Assembly: GCA_963665125.2 (NCBI GenBank)
Contig: CAXXUK010000002.1
Span: 672,001-736,000 of the forward strand
Direction of reading: 5' to 3'
DNA: 64,000 bases
Origin: an uncultured Desulfarculus sp.
GTDB taxonomy: Bacteria; Desulfobacterota; Desulfarculia; Desulfarculales; Desulfarculaceae
Shown here: piece after piece, positions 41,343 through 50,757 of the stretch
Position numbering within the stretch: the stretch's first letter is position 1
Layout of the letters: each line of letters starts with the position of its first letter
Position numbers and translations under genes: made by a program
The notes under the pieces: model-generated
Database searches by the model: none
What the model was told of the DNA's origin: nothing
The model's input: only the letters and a program-made list of their open reading frames with translations

Positions 41343-42699
41343 CGTTTCTCCTGCGCCGCCGGGAGCGCATTTCCTCCTTGGTTTCCTCGGACACCACCTC
41401 GTACAAGACAGCCTTTTCCGCTCCGGATCTGCGCAGCACCCGCCCCAAGCGTTGGATGGCCTGACGGCCGGAGGACTTGCCACCCAACACCACCGCCACC
41501 TTGGCCTTGGGCACATCCACACCTTCATCCAAAACTTGGTTGGCCACGATGGCGGGATAGTCGCCCTGGGCAAAGCCTTCCAAAATGTCCCTTCGCTCCT
41601 GCTTCCTTGAGTGGTTGAGCAGGCAGGGAATTAGGAACCTGAGGCTCACGTCACGGGCCATGGCGTTGGACCCCGTGAACACGATGACGCGGCTGCCTGA
41701 GTGCAAACGAAAGACATCCTCCAGCACGCGCAACTTTTCTTCGGCCCGATCTTCTATAGCTTGCTTGGCGAAGTATGCCTTTTGAGCCCTGCGCGCAGCC
41801 GGGTCTTTACAGGTTTCCGCACACAGATCCTCCCAGGAATAATCGGTTTGATCCTTGCGCCGCTCATACATGAAACCGCGCACCTGACTGGAAAGCGAAT
41901 CATACTTGGCCCGCTCTTCTGGGCTGAGGTGCACCGGTATCCTGACGATCTCATACTCGGCAAGAGTGCGCCCCTTGGCCTTGGCCAAAGGCATTTCATA
42001 CGCCTTGGGTCCGATGAGCCATTCCAAGTCAGCGTGTTTGCCGTCCGAGCGTTGAGGGGTGGCGGTTAAGCCCAGGCGCATGGGAGCCGCGCACATCACG
42101 GCGGCATCGCGTCTCAGACGACCAGGCAGGTGGTGACACTCGTCAAAGACAATCATGCCGAAATTGTCACCCAATTTATCCATATGGATGTAGGCGCTGT
42201 CATAGGTAGTGACCGAGACCGGCTTTAGATTATAAGTATTGTCGCCGATGATGCCGGGGTCGTAGTTGAGGCCGCGCAGGATGCGTTGATGCCACTGGTA
42301 CATGAGGTCGCGCACAGGGGCCACTATCAGTGTGGAAACAGCGGTTTGCCTCATGATGGCCAGCGCCACCTCGGTCTTGCCAGTACCGGTGGGCATGATC
42401 ACCGACCCCGCTCTGGCGGCCATCCATGCATCCACGGCCTCTTCCTGCTCACGTCTCAACACGGGAAGCTCTATCCGGCCCCAGCGCACGTCCCTCCAGC
42501 GAGGCACAGTGTCAGTAATGTCTAGACCTGCCCAGGCGATCTGCTCAATTACACTGGTGTAGTAAAAGGCATCGCAACGCCACGAAAATGATCTTGCATC
42601 CCATTGCCATAAATCACTTGCCAGGCCAGGTGGCATTTCTGATTGCCCGAGGCCTGTCAGGGATAAGGTTCCGCGCTCAAATGTCAGGGTGAGTTTCAA
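41308..42699 (-). CDS. XPB/Rad25-like SF2 helicase
   Basis: MPTGTGKT, FDECHH, LGLTATP, VLDEGVDVP, QRLGRVLR. Confidence 0.9.
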   Translation of the reverse strand: MKLTLTFERGTLSLTGLGQSEMPPGLASDLWQWDARSFSWRCDAFYYTSVIEQIAWAGLDITDTVPRWRDVRWGRIELPVLRREQEEAVDAWMAARAGSVIMPTGTGKTEVALAIMRQTAVSTLIVAPVRDLMYQWHQRILRGLNYDPGIIGDNTYNLKPVSVTTYDSAYIHMDKLGDNFGMIVFDECHHLPGRLRRDAAVMCAAPMRLGLTATPQRSDGKHADLEWLIGPKAYEMPLAKAKGRTLAEYEIVRIPVHLSPEERAKYDSLSSQVRGFMYERRKDQTDYSWEDLCAETCKDPAARRAQKAYFAKQAIEDRAEEKLRVLEDVFRLHSGSRVIVFTGSNAMARDVSLRFLIPCLLNHSRKQERRDILEGFAQGDYPAIVANQVLDEGVDVPKAKVAVVLGGKSSGRQAIQRLGRVLRRSGAEKAVLYEVVSEETKEEMRSRRRRRNDAYQGTRHRRI

Positions 42700-42886
42700 A
42701 CGGGCTCCTTCACAACACCAACCATGTTCAGGAGTTGATTAGCATAGCCCAAATTGAGGATCGAGGCTTTTCGTTCAAATACATCAAGGCTCCCTCTAAG
42801 ACTTTTATTCAGGCATTAGCGTCACTGACATGGTATCATTTAGCCATGTTGGTCAAGTAGATCATTTTATACCATAAGGGTGTCGC

Positions 42887-43141
42887 ATGACTGAAGTGGG
42901 TGTATCCCAAGCAAAAAAAGAAATCGCCGACCTCATGAATCGCGTTACTTACGGCAAGGAACGTATACGAATTACGCGTAAAGGACACAGGGGCGCGGCT
43001 CTTGTGTCTCTGGATGATTTGGAATTGCTTGAGGCCATTGAGGACATTATTGATGGCCGTGATGCCCTTGCCGCTTTACAGGAAGGCAAAAACAAAGGTT
43101 TTTCCGACTGGAACAAAGTAAAAGCAGAGGTAGGGCTGTAG
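42887..43141 (+). CDS. Phd/YefM antitoxin
   Basis: VGVSQAK...ITRKG...AALVSLDD. Confidence 0.88.
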   Translation: MTEVGVSQAKKEIADLMNRVTYGKERIRITRKGHRGAALVSLDDLELLEAIEDIIDGRDALAALQEGKNKGFSDWNKVKAEVGL

Positions 43142-43147
43142 CCGGTC

Positions 43148-43446
43148 ATGTCCTATCAGATTCGAATCAGCCCTCTGGCCAGGCGGAAACTAAAAAAGCT
43201 GGCCGCCCAGAGGTTTGGGACATCATGCAGGTCATTGATGGCTTGGCCAATGCTCCCCACCCAACACATTCGAAAAAGCTATCGGGATATCCCTTCTGGC
43301 GGATTCGTCAAGGCGATTTCCGGATAGTCTACCCTATAGAAGACGATCAGCTCCTGGTTTTAGTCCTCAAGGTTGCTCAGCGGAGTGACATATATCAAAG
43401 CCTCGAGGAATTAATAAAAATTCAGCGCAAGATGACCTTGGAATAG
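43148..43446 (+). pseudogene. RelE/ParE toxin, frameshifted
   Basis: MSYQIRISPLARRKLKKL in one frame; KKLSGY..WRIRQGDFRIVY in another. Confidence 0.75.
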
Positions 43447-43679
43447 GCACACATTATTACATCAGTTTGGATTTTGCCTGCGTATCAGCCCCATCTAGTC
43501 TGGACCTAATGGTATCTGGCTGAAGCGAACTAACGACCAGGTGAGATTGCATGACGACAATACTGCGAGTTTGACGGCCGGCAGTAGCGTCGACAATACT
43601 ACCGGATTTGGTCGCATTCTCACGCAGCCTACGGGCTGGTGCAGATGTATGATCTACCCCACAAACGACGGACAATTGT

Positions 43680-44546
43680 TTAAGCGACAATTTGATTTTC
43701 AAAGGCCAGCGGGCTGATGTATCCGTTGGCACTGTGTCTCCTGTTTCGGTTGTAGTCAACCTCGATATACTCGAATACGGCACGGCGCATACCTTGGCGG
43801 GTGGCGAAGTGCTCACCGTGGATCAGTTCCACCTTGAGGGTATGGAAGAAGCTTTCGGCCACGGCGTTGTCATAACAGTTGCCTCTGCCGCTCATGCTGC
43901 AAACCAGTTCATGCTTGGTCAAAAGGGCCTGGTATTTCCTAGAGCAATACTGGCTGCCCCGATCCGAATGAACCAACACACCTTTGGACATATGCCGTCG
44001 CCACAAGGCCATCTGCAAGGCGTCACAGACTAAATCGGCTTTCATGCGCTTATCCATGGCCCAGCCAACCACCATGCGCGAAAACAGGTCGAGCACCACC
44101 GCCAGATACAACCAGCCCTCGCCGGTCCAAAGGTAAGTGATATCACAGACCCACTTCTGATTTGGAGCCGTTGCGTTAAAGTCCTGGGCCAACAGATTTG
44201 GAGCAACCGGCATACCGTGATCCGAATCCGTGGTGGCCTTGAACTTCCTGGCCGCTTTGGCCACCAGGCCCTGTCTATTCATGCTCTTGGCCACTGTTTT
44301 GCGGTTGTATTTACGGCCTTGCTCATCAAGGTCGAGAGTCAGCCCAACTGCTCCGCTACGGCCCTTGCGAACTTCAAAGGCTTCTTTCACCAGGTGATCG
44401 AGCCTCTCACGCTCCATCTGCCTCTGACTGGGATTTTGCAGCCTGCGCCGCCAGCCATAATACCCGCCACGTGATACGCCAAAGGCCTCGGATTGCGCCG
44501 TGACGCTGTATGTGCCTGCGTTTTGCTGCATGAACGCGTACTTCAC
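43680..44546 (-). CDS. IS3 transposase OrfB (DDE)
   Basis: WVCDITY, HSDRGSQY, CYDNAVAESFF. Confidence 0.95.
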   Translation of the reverse strand: MKYAFMQQNAGTYSVTAQSEAFGVSRGGYYGWRRRLQNPSQRQMERERLDHLVKEAFEVRKGRSGAVGLTLDLDEQGRKYNRKTVAKSMNRQGLVAKAARKFKATTDSDHGMPVAPNLLAQDFNATAPNQKWVCDITYLWTGEGWLYLAVVLDLFSRMVVGWAMDKRMKADLVCDALQMALWRRHMSKGVLVHSDRGSQYCSRKYQALLTKHELVCSMSGRGNCYDNAVAESFFHTLKVELIHGEHFATRQGMRRAVFEYIEVDYNRNRRHSANGYISPLAFENQIVA

Positions 44547-44842
44547 TTCAGGCTTTTCGCGAAGTACGCCGCGGCCTTTTTTAATATGGCCAACTCCTCT
44601 TCCTTCTTGGCCAACTGCCGCTTCAACTTGGCGTTTTCGAGCTCCAGTTCCTTCTCGGTCTCGCTGCGGCTGGCCTCATAGCGGGCCTTCTTGCGCCAAG
44701 CGTAAACCTGGGACTCATGCAGGCCAAGCTGCTTGGCCGCACCGGCAACGCCAACCTGCTCAGCCAAGCCCAGAGCTTCGATTTTGAACTCCGGCGAATA
44801 GCGCCGCCTGGTGGATTTCTTCTGGCTCTTCTGTGATGGCAT
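44543..44842 (-). CDS. IS3 transposase OrfA (HTH)
   Basis: RRYSPEFK...ILKKAAAYFAK. Confidence 0.93.
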   Translation of the reverse strand: MPSQKSQKKSTRRRYSPEFKIEALGLAEQVGVAGAAKQLGLHESQVYAWRKKARYEASRSETEKELELENAKLKRQLAKKEEELAILKKAAAYFAKSLK

Positions 44843-44905
44843 CGAACACCTCCGTTAAGCAATTTACTCGCTTAATCGGGTGTCCGTCAAAACTGGGCTG
44901 GATCA

Positions 44906-45513
44906 TACACGAAACCCGTGGCATGGAGCACCCAAGCTCAAGGAAGAGGATCACATCGTCACGGCGACCATTGATGACTTCAGGGCGATTATGGCTCATG
45001 CCGCTCCACACCTGAAATGGGCCTTTGAGGTAAGCCTATGCCTGGCTCTGAGACCAGGAGAAGTAGAACTCTTGCAGTTGAAATGGTCCAGCTTCAAGTG
45101 GCAACGTGGCTGTGTAGAGATCATCCAAGGCAAAGGAGCCGGACGCAAAACCGTCTATCCACCCGAGTCATTCATGAAAAAAGCTAAGGCCAGATACGAA
45201 CAGGACAAGGCCGCAAACATCCCCTGGGTGGTCCACTTTAGGGGCAGACAGATTAGAAGCCTAAAAAAGAGCCTGGGGCAGCGCAAAAGAACGGGCTGGC
45301 TACGGTGACAGTTCCATCCGCATGTATGACCTACGCCATGTGGCTGCAACAGAGATGCTGGCTAATGGCGCCGATCCAGCTGCCGTACAGCACCAGCTAG
45401 GTCATCGCCGTTTGAGCACCACCCTGGATGTTTACAGTGGTGTTATGAAAGGTGCCCAGCAAAAGGCCGCAAAGCTCATGCCCACCCCTGATGGCGAACC
45501 TGAAGATTGCTAA
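44906..45513 (+). pseudogene. truncated, frameshifted tyrosine integrase paralogous to 62587-63609
   Basis: RNPW.GA.KLKEE...AAPHLKWA...RYEQDKAANIPWVVH...YDLRHVAATEMLA shared; 5' half absent at the IS3 end; extra A in a run near 45263-45268. Confidence 0.88.
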
Positions 45514-45570
45514 TTCACCCGATTCAAGAGGCTTCCAATTGCGGAGCCTCTTTTGGGGCCAATACAGCCA

Positions 45571-46365
45571 CTATGGCACTTGGCGCTGGCTTTCGCCTTT
45601 TCGTGCATGATTAAGGAAAACATGCAGCATTCCGTTTTCATGGGAGACTGATACGTCAACGCCGTAAAGTGATTTTATTTTGTCCACCGTCAACAGCTCA
45701 GATGGAGGGCCATCCCCCATAACCTGGCCGTTCTTGAGCATCACCAAGCGGTCGGAGTACATGGTGGCAAGGTTGAGATCGTGCATGGCCATGATTACGG
45801 AGATTTGTTTCTTTTCAGACAGCTCGCCTATCAAATCAAGCACTTCCACCTGATGCCTCAGATCCAGGCTTGAGGTGGGCTCATCCAGTACCAACAACTG
45901 CGGTTCATTGGCAATGGCTCTGGCTATGTACACCTTTTGCTTTTCGCCCCCGCTGAGTTCATTCATTTCGCGCAGAGCGAACTGTTCCAGACCCAACGTG
46001 ACGAGAGTTTCGGAAACCATGTCAAGGTCGCGCTGACTTGGATTCCAACTGATGTACGGTTTTCGCCCCAGCAATACGGCGTTAAAAACCGTGAAAGGAA
46101 AGCCGTTGCCTTCGGCTTGCGGCACATAACCGATCAGCTTGGACACATCGCGGGGTTGGATGTCTTTTACCGGTTGGTCATCTACCAGAATCTGCCCATT
46201 TGGGGAGTGTAGCGCACCGATGATGCAGCGTAGCAAGGTTGTCTTGCCCGAACCGTTGGGTCCCACCAGGGACACAACGGACCCCTCAGGCACTTGAAAA
46301 CTAATATCTTTTAATATCTGGTTGCGCCCAAAGCGGAAGTCCAGGTTTTTGACTTCGAATATCAC
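45571..46365 (-). CDS. ABC ATPase, iron-chelate/cobalamin (FepC/BtuD) type
   Basis: GPNGSGKTT, LSGGEKQ, LDEPT, MHDLNLA; GTG start. Confidence 0.93.
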   Translation of the reverse strand: MIFEVKNLDFRFGRNQILKDISFQVPEGSVVSLVGPNGSGKTTLLRCIIGALHSPNGQILVDDQPVKDIQPRDVSKLIGYVPQAEGNGFPFTVFNAVLLGRKPYISWNPSQRDLDMVSETLVTLGLEQFALREMNELSGGEKQKVYIARAIANEPQLLVLDEPTSSLDLRHQVEVLDLIGELSEKKQISVIMAMHDLNLATMYSDRLVMLKNGQVMGDGPPSELLTVDKIKSLYGVDVSVSHENGMLHVFLNHARKGESQRQVP

Positions 46366-47465
46366 CAGTAATCCCTCCGCCTTTTTACCAGCAAATAGAC
46401 AAACAAGGGCACCCCGAGGAACGAGGTCAGTATTCCTACGGGCAGCACTACCGGCGACAGGATGGTCCGGGCGGCTGTGTCGGCCGTGAGCAACAGCAGC
46501 GCGCCCAACAGGCTGGCGGCAGGCAACAGGAACCTGTGGTCCCCGCCGATGATCATGCGGGCGATATGCGGGGCCACCAGCCCGACAAAGGCGATGGTGC
46601 CGACAAAGCATATGGAAGCCGCCACCACCAGGGATGAGAGGGCCAGCGAAATAAAGCGCACCCGCCCGATGTTGACCCCAAAGCTTCTGGCTGTTTCATC
46701 TCCCGAGGCCAGGGCGTTGAAGTCCCATGAATACCTGAGCAGCACGGGCATAATACCCAATACAGCCACTGCCGTGATAGCTGTTTTGGGCCAGGAGGCG
46801 CGGGACAAATTGCCCATGAGCCAAAAGACAACCGCCGCGATTTCCTCATTGGAGCCGATGTATTGCAGCAATGAGGTCAACGCCGAAAACAAGAACATCA
46901 TGGCGATGCCCGCCAAAATTAAAGTGCCCGACGACACCTGGCGCAGACGGGACAGGCCGACCACCATCAGCGATGACAACAACGAAAAGACAAAGGCGTT
47001 GGTGATAGTCCAGATTTCGCTGCCGCTGCCCAGGCCCACACCGGCCACCAGGGAAAGCGCCGCGCCGAATCCGGCCGCTGAAGCCATGCCCAGAGTGTAT
47101 GGCGAGGCCAGAGGGTTGCGCAGAATCACCTGCATGGTTACGCCTGCCAGGGATAAACCGGCGCCGACCACTATGCCCATGCATATCCTCGGCAGGCGTA
47201 ATTCCCAAATCACGGTCACGGCTATGTCGCCGCATGCGTAGTCGGTGCCGAAGAGCTTGTTGCACAGGACCATGGCAATGGTCTGATAATCCAGCGGCAC
47301 CGAGCCTTGGCCCAGTGAAAACATGACGGCCGCGGCCAGGGCCGCCAGCAAGGCCAGGATAAAGTGGTGCTTACGGGATGTATGCCGCCTGTAATTACCC
47401 AGGAGTTCGGCTTTTTTCCCTGCAACGCTGATCTCGGCAGAGCTTATCGTCTGGCCATTTCCCAT
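46362..47465 (-). CDS. FecCD/BtuC-family permease
   Basis: LRLPR, LRNPLASPYTLG, FVGLVAPHIAR, LPVGILT. Confidence 0.93.
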   Translation of the reverse strand: MGNGQTISSAEISVAGKKAELLGNYRRHTSRKHHFILALLAALAAAVMFSLGQGSVPLDYQTIAMVLCNKLFGTDYACGDIAVTVIWELRLPRICMGIVVGAGLSLAGVTMQVILRNPLASPYTLGMASAAGFGAALSLVAGVGLGSGSEIWTITNAFVFSLLSSLMVVGLSRLRQVSSGTLILAGIAMMFLFSALTSLLQYIGSNEEIAAVVFWLMGNLSRASWPKTAITAVAVLGIMPVLLRYSWDFNALASGDETARSFGVNIGRVRFISLALSSLVVAASICFVGTIAFVGLVAPHIARMIIGGDHRFLLPAASLLGALLLLTADTAARTILSPVVLPVGILTSFLGVPLFVYLLVKRRRDYW

Positions 47466-48518
47466 TTAGCCGGCCAGAGGCTTCAGGTTGGCTGTCATGC
47501 CCGCCTCTTCGATCATCCGCACATAAAACGGCAACACGTCCACGTATTCATAGTCTTCGGCCACGGGCGTTGTCTCAGCCTTGAAGAACGGCCTGCGGCC
47601 ATGCCCATTATTACTGGCGCGGCGGAACGAGCCATGGATCAGCCGCATGTTTGTTCCGGCCGCTATCCAAAGTTGCAGTTGGTCGTCGCGTCCGAATGTG
47701 CCCTCAATATCCACATCCCGAAGGACCAGCCTCATGATGGCCAGGGTTATGGCAATATCCATGGAAGTCGCGGGCATCTGTTTCTGCATTGGCGTGCCGG
47801 GCATGGGCATGAAACCGCAGATGGAAGTGCGAACCAGGTTCTTGAATCCCTTGAGGTAAAACATTCCGTCCACCCGGTCCTGGAATGACTCTCCTGCTCC
47901 GATCATCAGGCCGCTGTCCAGCCCCACGTTGTGCTTTTCAAGCAGGCCCAAGACCTCCTTGCGTCCTTCCAGGTTGTCGCCGGGCTTGATCTTGTAGAAC
48001 ATCTCGGCGTGAACGAATTCCAGTTGGGCTCCGATGCGGTCGATGCCTATGTCCTTGAGCTTGATGATGTTTTCTTCGCTCATATCATAGCCGTAGTTGG
48101 CATAGACCTTCAGGTTGGTGGCGTCTTTGATGACCTTGGCGTCCTCATAGGCATCAGCGCCCATAAGGCCGGTGCAACCGCCGCCGGGCTGCACGCCTTC
48201 GAAGCCCACCTGCTCAGCCATCTTGGCCATGGCCGCCAATTGCTCTGGTTTGGCGACAGGCGGGGCGTCTTTTTTAAGGGCCGCAGGCGCCACTGCGCAA
48301 TACCGGCAAGGCGGTTTGGTTATGCAGCCCGTGGTCATGGACGGGACGTGACACCACAGTTTGAATACGTTTCCCATGAGTTTGTCGCGGACTTCGCCGG
48401 CGCATTTGAGCAGCTCGATGAACCGCCCCATGCCCGTGGTTTCCTCAAACAAGTAGATGGCCTCTTCGGGCGTGATGGCCCGGTCCAGGGCTTGTTCAAG
48501 TAATTGCTCGTAATGCAT
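47466..48518 (-). CDS. radical SAM enzyme, BioB/HydE/HcgA-like, CX5CX2C motif
   Basis: CITKPPCRYC; IKPGDNLEGR; SGLMIGAGES; FMPMPGTPM. Confidence 0.85.
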   Translation of the reverse strand: MHYEQLLEQALDRAITPEEAIYLFEETTGMGRFIELLKCAGEVRDKLMGNVFKLWCHVPSMTTGCITKPPCRYCAVAPAALKKDAPPVAKPEQLAAMAKMAEQVGFEGVQPGGGCTGLMGADAYEDAKVIKDATNLKVYANYGYDMSEENIIKLKDIGIDRIGAQLEFVHAEMFYKIKPGDNLEGRKEVLGLLEKHNVGLDSGLMIGAGESFQDRVDGMFYLKGFKNLVRTSICGFMPMPGTPMQKQMPATSMDIAITLAIMRLVLRDVDIEGTFGRDDQLQLWIAAGTNMRLIHGSFRRASNNGHGRRPFFKAETTPVAEDYEYVDVLPFYVRMIEEAGMTANLKPLAG

Positions 48519-48532
48519 CTAGGCAACTCCTA

Positions 48533-49600
48533 TCACTTGCCGGCGGGCACCGGATAAAACCAGCTCCCCTGGTAGGGCAGGCCCAGCCAGCGTTCGAAAT
48601 ATTCCCGGTGGTATTGTTTTGGATCAATATCGGCAAAGAGTTGGGGATAGGCCGCCTTGGCCAAATACAGGGCCCCGACCATGTGCATGCTGCCGCGCAT
48701 CTTCGAGTTCATGACGTAGAACCGGCCGTTCTTCACCGCGTCGGTGCTCTTGAATTTTTCGCGGCTTTTGGCTTCCCGCAGGTACTCGTCGAGCTTCGTA
48801 TTATCTTTTGTCAGGTAGCCGGTGATCTCCGCCCTGCCGCCATAATCATTCATGACGACCATGTCCGGATTGCGAGCCATCACCCACTCGGCGCTGACCA
48901 TTTTGCTGTCGGAAAACTGGCAGATATTTTTCAGGCCCGCCAGGCGCATTGTCTCGTCGCTGGGCATGCCCTTGCCGGCCGCCCGGCCGATGGGCCCGGA
49001 CACATCCACCTCGGCATATACGGTTATCCGTTGTTCAGGCGGTATGTCTTTTATGCGCTGTTCAATTATGCCCAGGCACTCGCTACGCCACTTGAGGAAC
49101 TGCTCGGCCCGCTCAGGTTCGCCAAAGACCTGGCCCATAATTTTCACGGCCTGGCTCATTGAATCAGGGTAATGCCAGCGCAAGGCCAGCACGGGGATGT
49201 TCAAGGTTTTGGCCTTGGCGGTGACCCTTGGGGTGACCGCCGGGTGATGGGGCATGAGAATAACGTCGGGCTTGAGGGCGACGATTTTTTCCCAGTTCAG
49301 GCCCTGCCACTGGTTGCCGGTATTGGGTTGTTTGGCCATTTCCGGGAAATAGCCCCTGTGCCTAATGCTACCCTCAACGCCAACCACCAGACCCTGTTTG
49401 CCGAAGAGCCGAACGGCGTCGGCGATGGTGTCATCGGTGACTATGATCCGTTGGACAGGATAGGAAAACGTCACTTCACGGCCCACCGAGTCGGTGACGG
49501 TCATGGTCTGGTCCGCTGCCGCGGCGACGGCTTGCAGCCCGGACAGGCCCAAGATGAGCCCCAGAATTGCCAGGGCAATGGCTAGTACATACTTTTTCAT
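48533..49600 (-). CDS. periplasmic chelate-binding protein (FepB/BtuF type)
   Basis: signal peptide; VTDSVGREV, EKIVALKPDVI, AVKNGRFY. Confidence 0.9.
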   Translation of the reverse strand: MKKYVLAIALAILGLILGLSGLQAVAAAADQTMTVTDSVGREVTFSYPVQRIIVTDDTIADAVRLFGKQGLVVGVEGSIRHRGYFPEMAKQPNTGNQWQGLNWEKIVALKPDVILMPHHPAVTPRVTAKAKTLNIPVLALRWHYPDSMSQAVKIMGQVFGEPERAEQFLKWRSECLGIIEQRIKDIPPEQRITVYAEVDVSGPIGRAAGKGMPSDETMRLAGLKNICQFSDSKMVSAEWVMARNPDMVVMNDYGGRAEITGYLTKDNTKLDEYLREAKSREKFKSTDAVKNGRFYVMNSKMRGSMHMVGALYLAKAAYPQLFADIDPKQYHREYFERWLGLPYQGSWFYPVPAGK

Positions 49601-49620
49601 TGGAATACCGCCCCCCCCGA

Positions 49621-50694
49621 TCAGGCAGCCTTCAAGTTGGCCTGGCGTATGCCCGGCTCGACATCCATGCCGGCCTCAACAGCCCATTGGGCCGTGATGG
49701 GCAACAGGTTGTCCATGACAAAACCTTCCACCACCTCGCGACTCTCGAAGCTTCTGAATCCTTGGGCGCCTATTTGGTAACCGCCCTTTTTATGGAACGA
49801 AGCCCCGCCGTGGACCATGCGGTTGGCTCCGGCCAGGATCGACAATTGGACATGTTGAGCCCCGGACATGCCGATGCCGATGTCCCGGAAGATAAGCCGG
49901 GCCACGGCCACCACCTTGGCCGGTTCCATGGGCGACGGGCCGCTCATTTGGCCATCCAGGGGACCGCCGGGGTGCACCTTGAGCCAACTCACCGAAAGCT
50001 TGTAAAAATTGGGGATGCCTTTCAGGTAGAACAGGTGATCGATCCGATCTTTAGGGCTTTCGCCGATGCCGATGAGCATGGTGCTGAACAGGTTGACGCC
50101 GCAGTCGCTGATCAAATGGGCCAGGGCCTGCCTTTTTCCCAAATCGTCGCCCGGCTTGACGGCTTTGAACACTTCGGCATTGACCGTCTCAAAAGAGCTC
50201 GTGATGCCGTCGACCCCCAGTTCCTTCATGGCCATGATGTCGTCCCTGTTCAGGGCGGGGCCGTAATTGACCCAGGCCTTCAAGCCGGCGTTGTTGATCT
50301 GCTCCAGCAGGTTGACGCCAACTTGGCCGCAGTCGTCGGGATTGGTTCCGCCGCCGATCTCAACGGTGGAGGTGCCGGTTTCCTTGAACGCCGCCAAAAC
50401 CGTGCTCAACTTGGAGGGTTCCAATGACCAGGGCTCCATGTCGTGGCCCGGGATGGCCCGGCGGCAATAGAGACAGGGCGGGTCCATGGTGCATTTGGTA
50501 TTTCCGCCCATGAACCCGTCGAAGCGGAAGATGTCTCCGGCTTCATTACGGCGCACATGGCTGGCCGCGGCGAACAAAAGGGCCACCGCCTCGGGCGTTT
50601 GGGCGTTTTCCAGGAGGAACAGCGCCTCGTCTTTTTCGATGGCGGTTTGACGGGCCTTGTCGAGTATCGCGCTAAATTCGTTCATTTTGTCCAT
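49621..50694 (-). CDS. radical SAM enzyme, BioB/HydE/HcgA-like, CX5CX2C motif (paralog)
   Basis: CTMDPPCLYC; SSFETVN...VKPGDDL; MLIGIGES; SD AGGAG before MDKMN. Confidence 0.85.
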   Translation of the reverse strand: MDKMNEFSAILDKARQTAIEKDEALFLLENAQTPEAVALLFAAASHVRRNEAGDIFRFDGFMGGNTKCTMDPPCLYCRRAIPGHDMEPWSLEPSKLSTVLAAFKETGTSTVEIGGGTNPDDCGQVGVNLLEQINNAGLKAWVNYGPALNRDDIMAMKELGVDGITSSFETVNAEVFKAVKPGDDLGKRQALAHLISDCGVNLFSTMLIGIGESPKDRIDHLFYLKGIPNFYKLSVSWLKVHPGGPLDGQMSGPSPMEPAKVVAVARLIFRDIGIGMSGAQHVQLSILAGANRMVHGGASFHKKGGYQIGAQGFRSFESREVVEGFVMDNLLPITAQWAVEAGMDVEPGIRQANLKAA

Positions 50695-50757
50695 GGCAAC
50701 GGACTCTCCTGATAAACCCGCGCGCCGGCGGGAGTACGCCGGCACGCGAGGCGCGGA

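Larger units (their letters stand above)
43650..44905 (-). mobile_element. IS3-family insertion sequence
   Basis: IRs TGATCtacccc..GACGGACA / TGTCCGTC..gggctgGATCA; orfA and orfB; A6G shift motif at 44576-44582; no target duplication. Confidence 0.92.

Noticed and set aside
47466..50694. Calling the radical SAM genes bioB or hydE
   Set aside because: The cysteine spacing is CX5CX2C and there are no bio or hydrogenase maturation neighbours, so no symbol was assigned.
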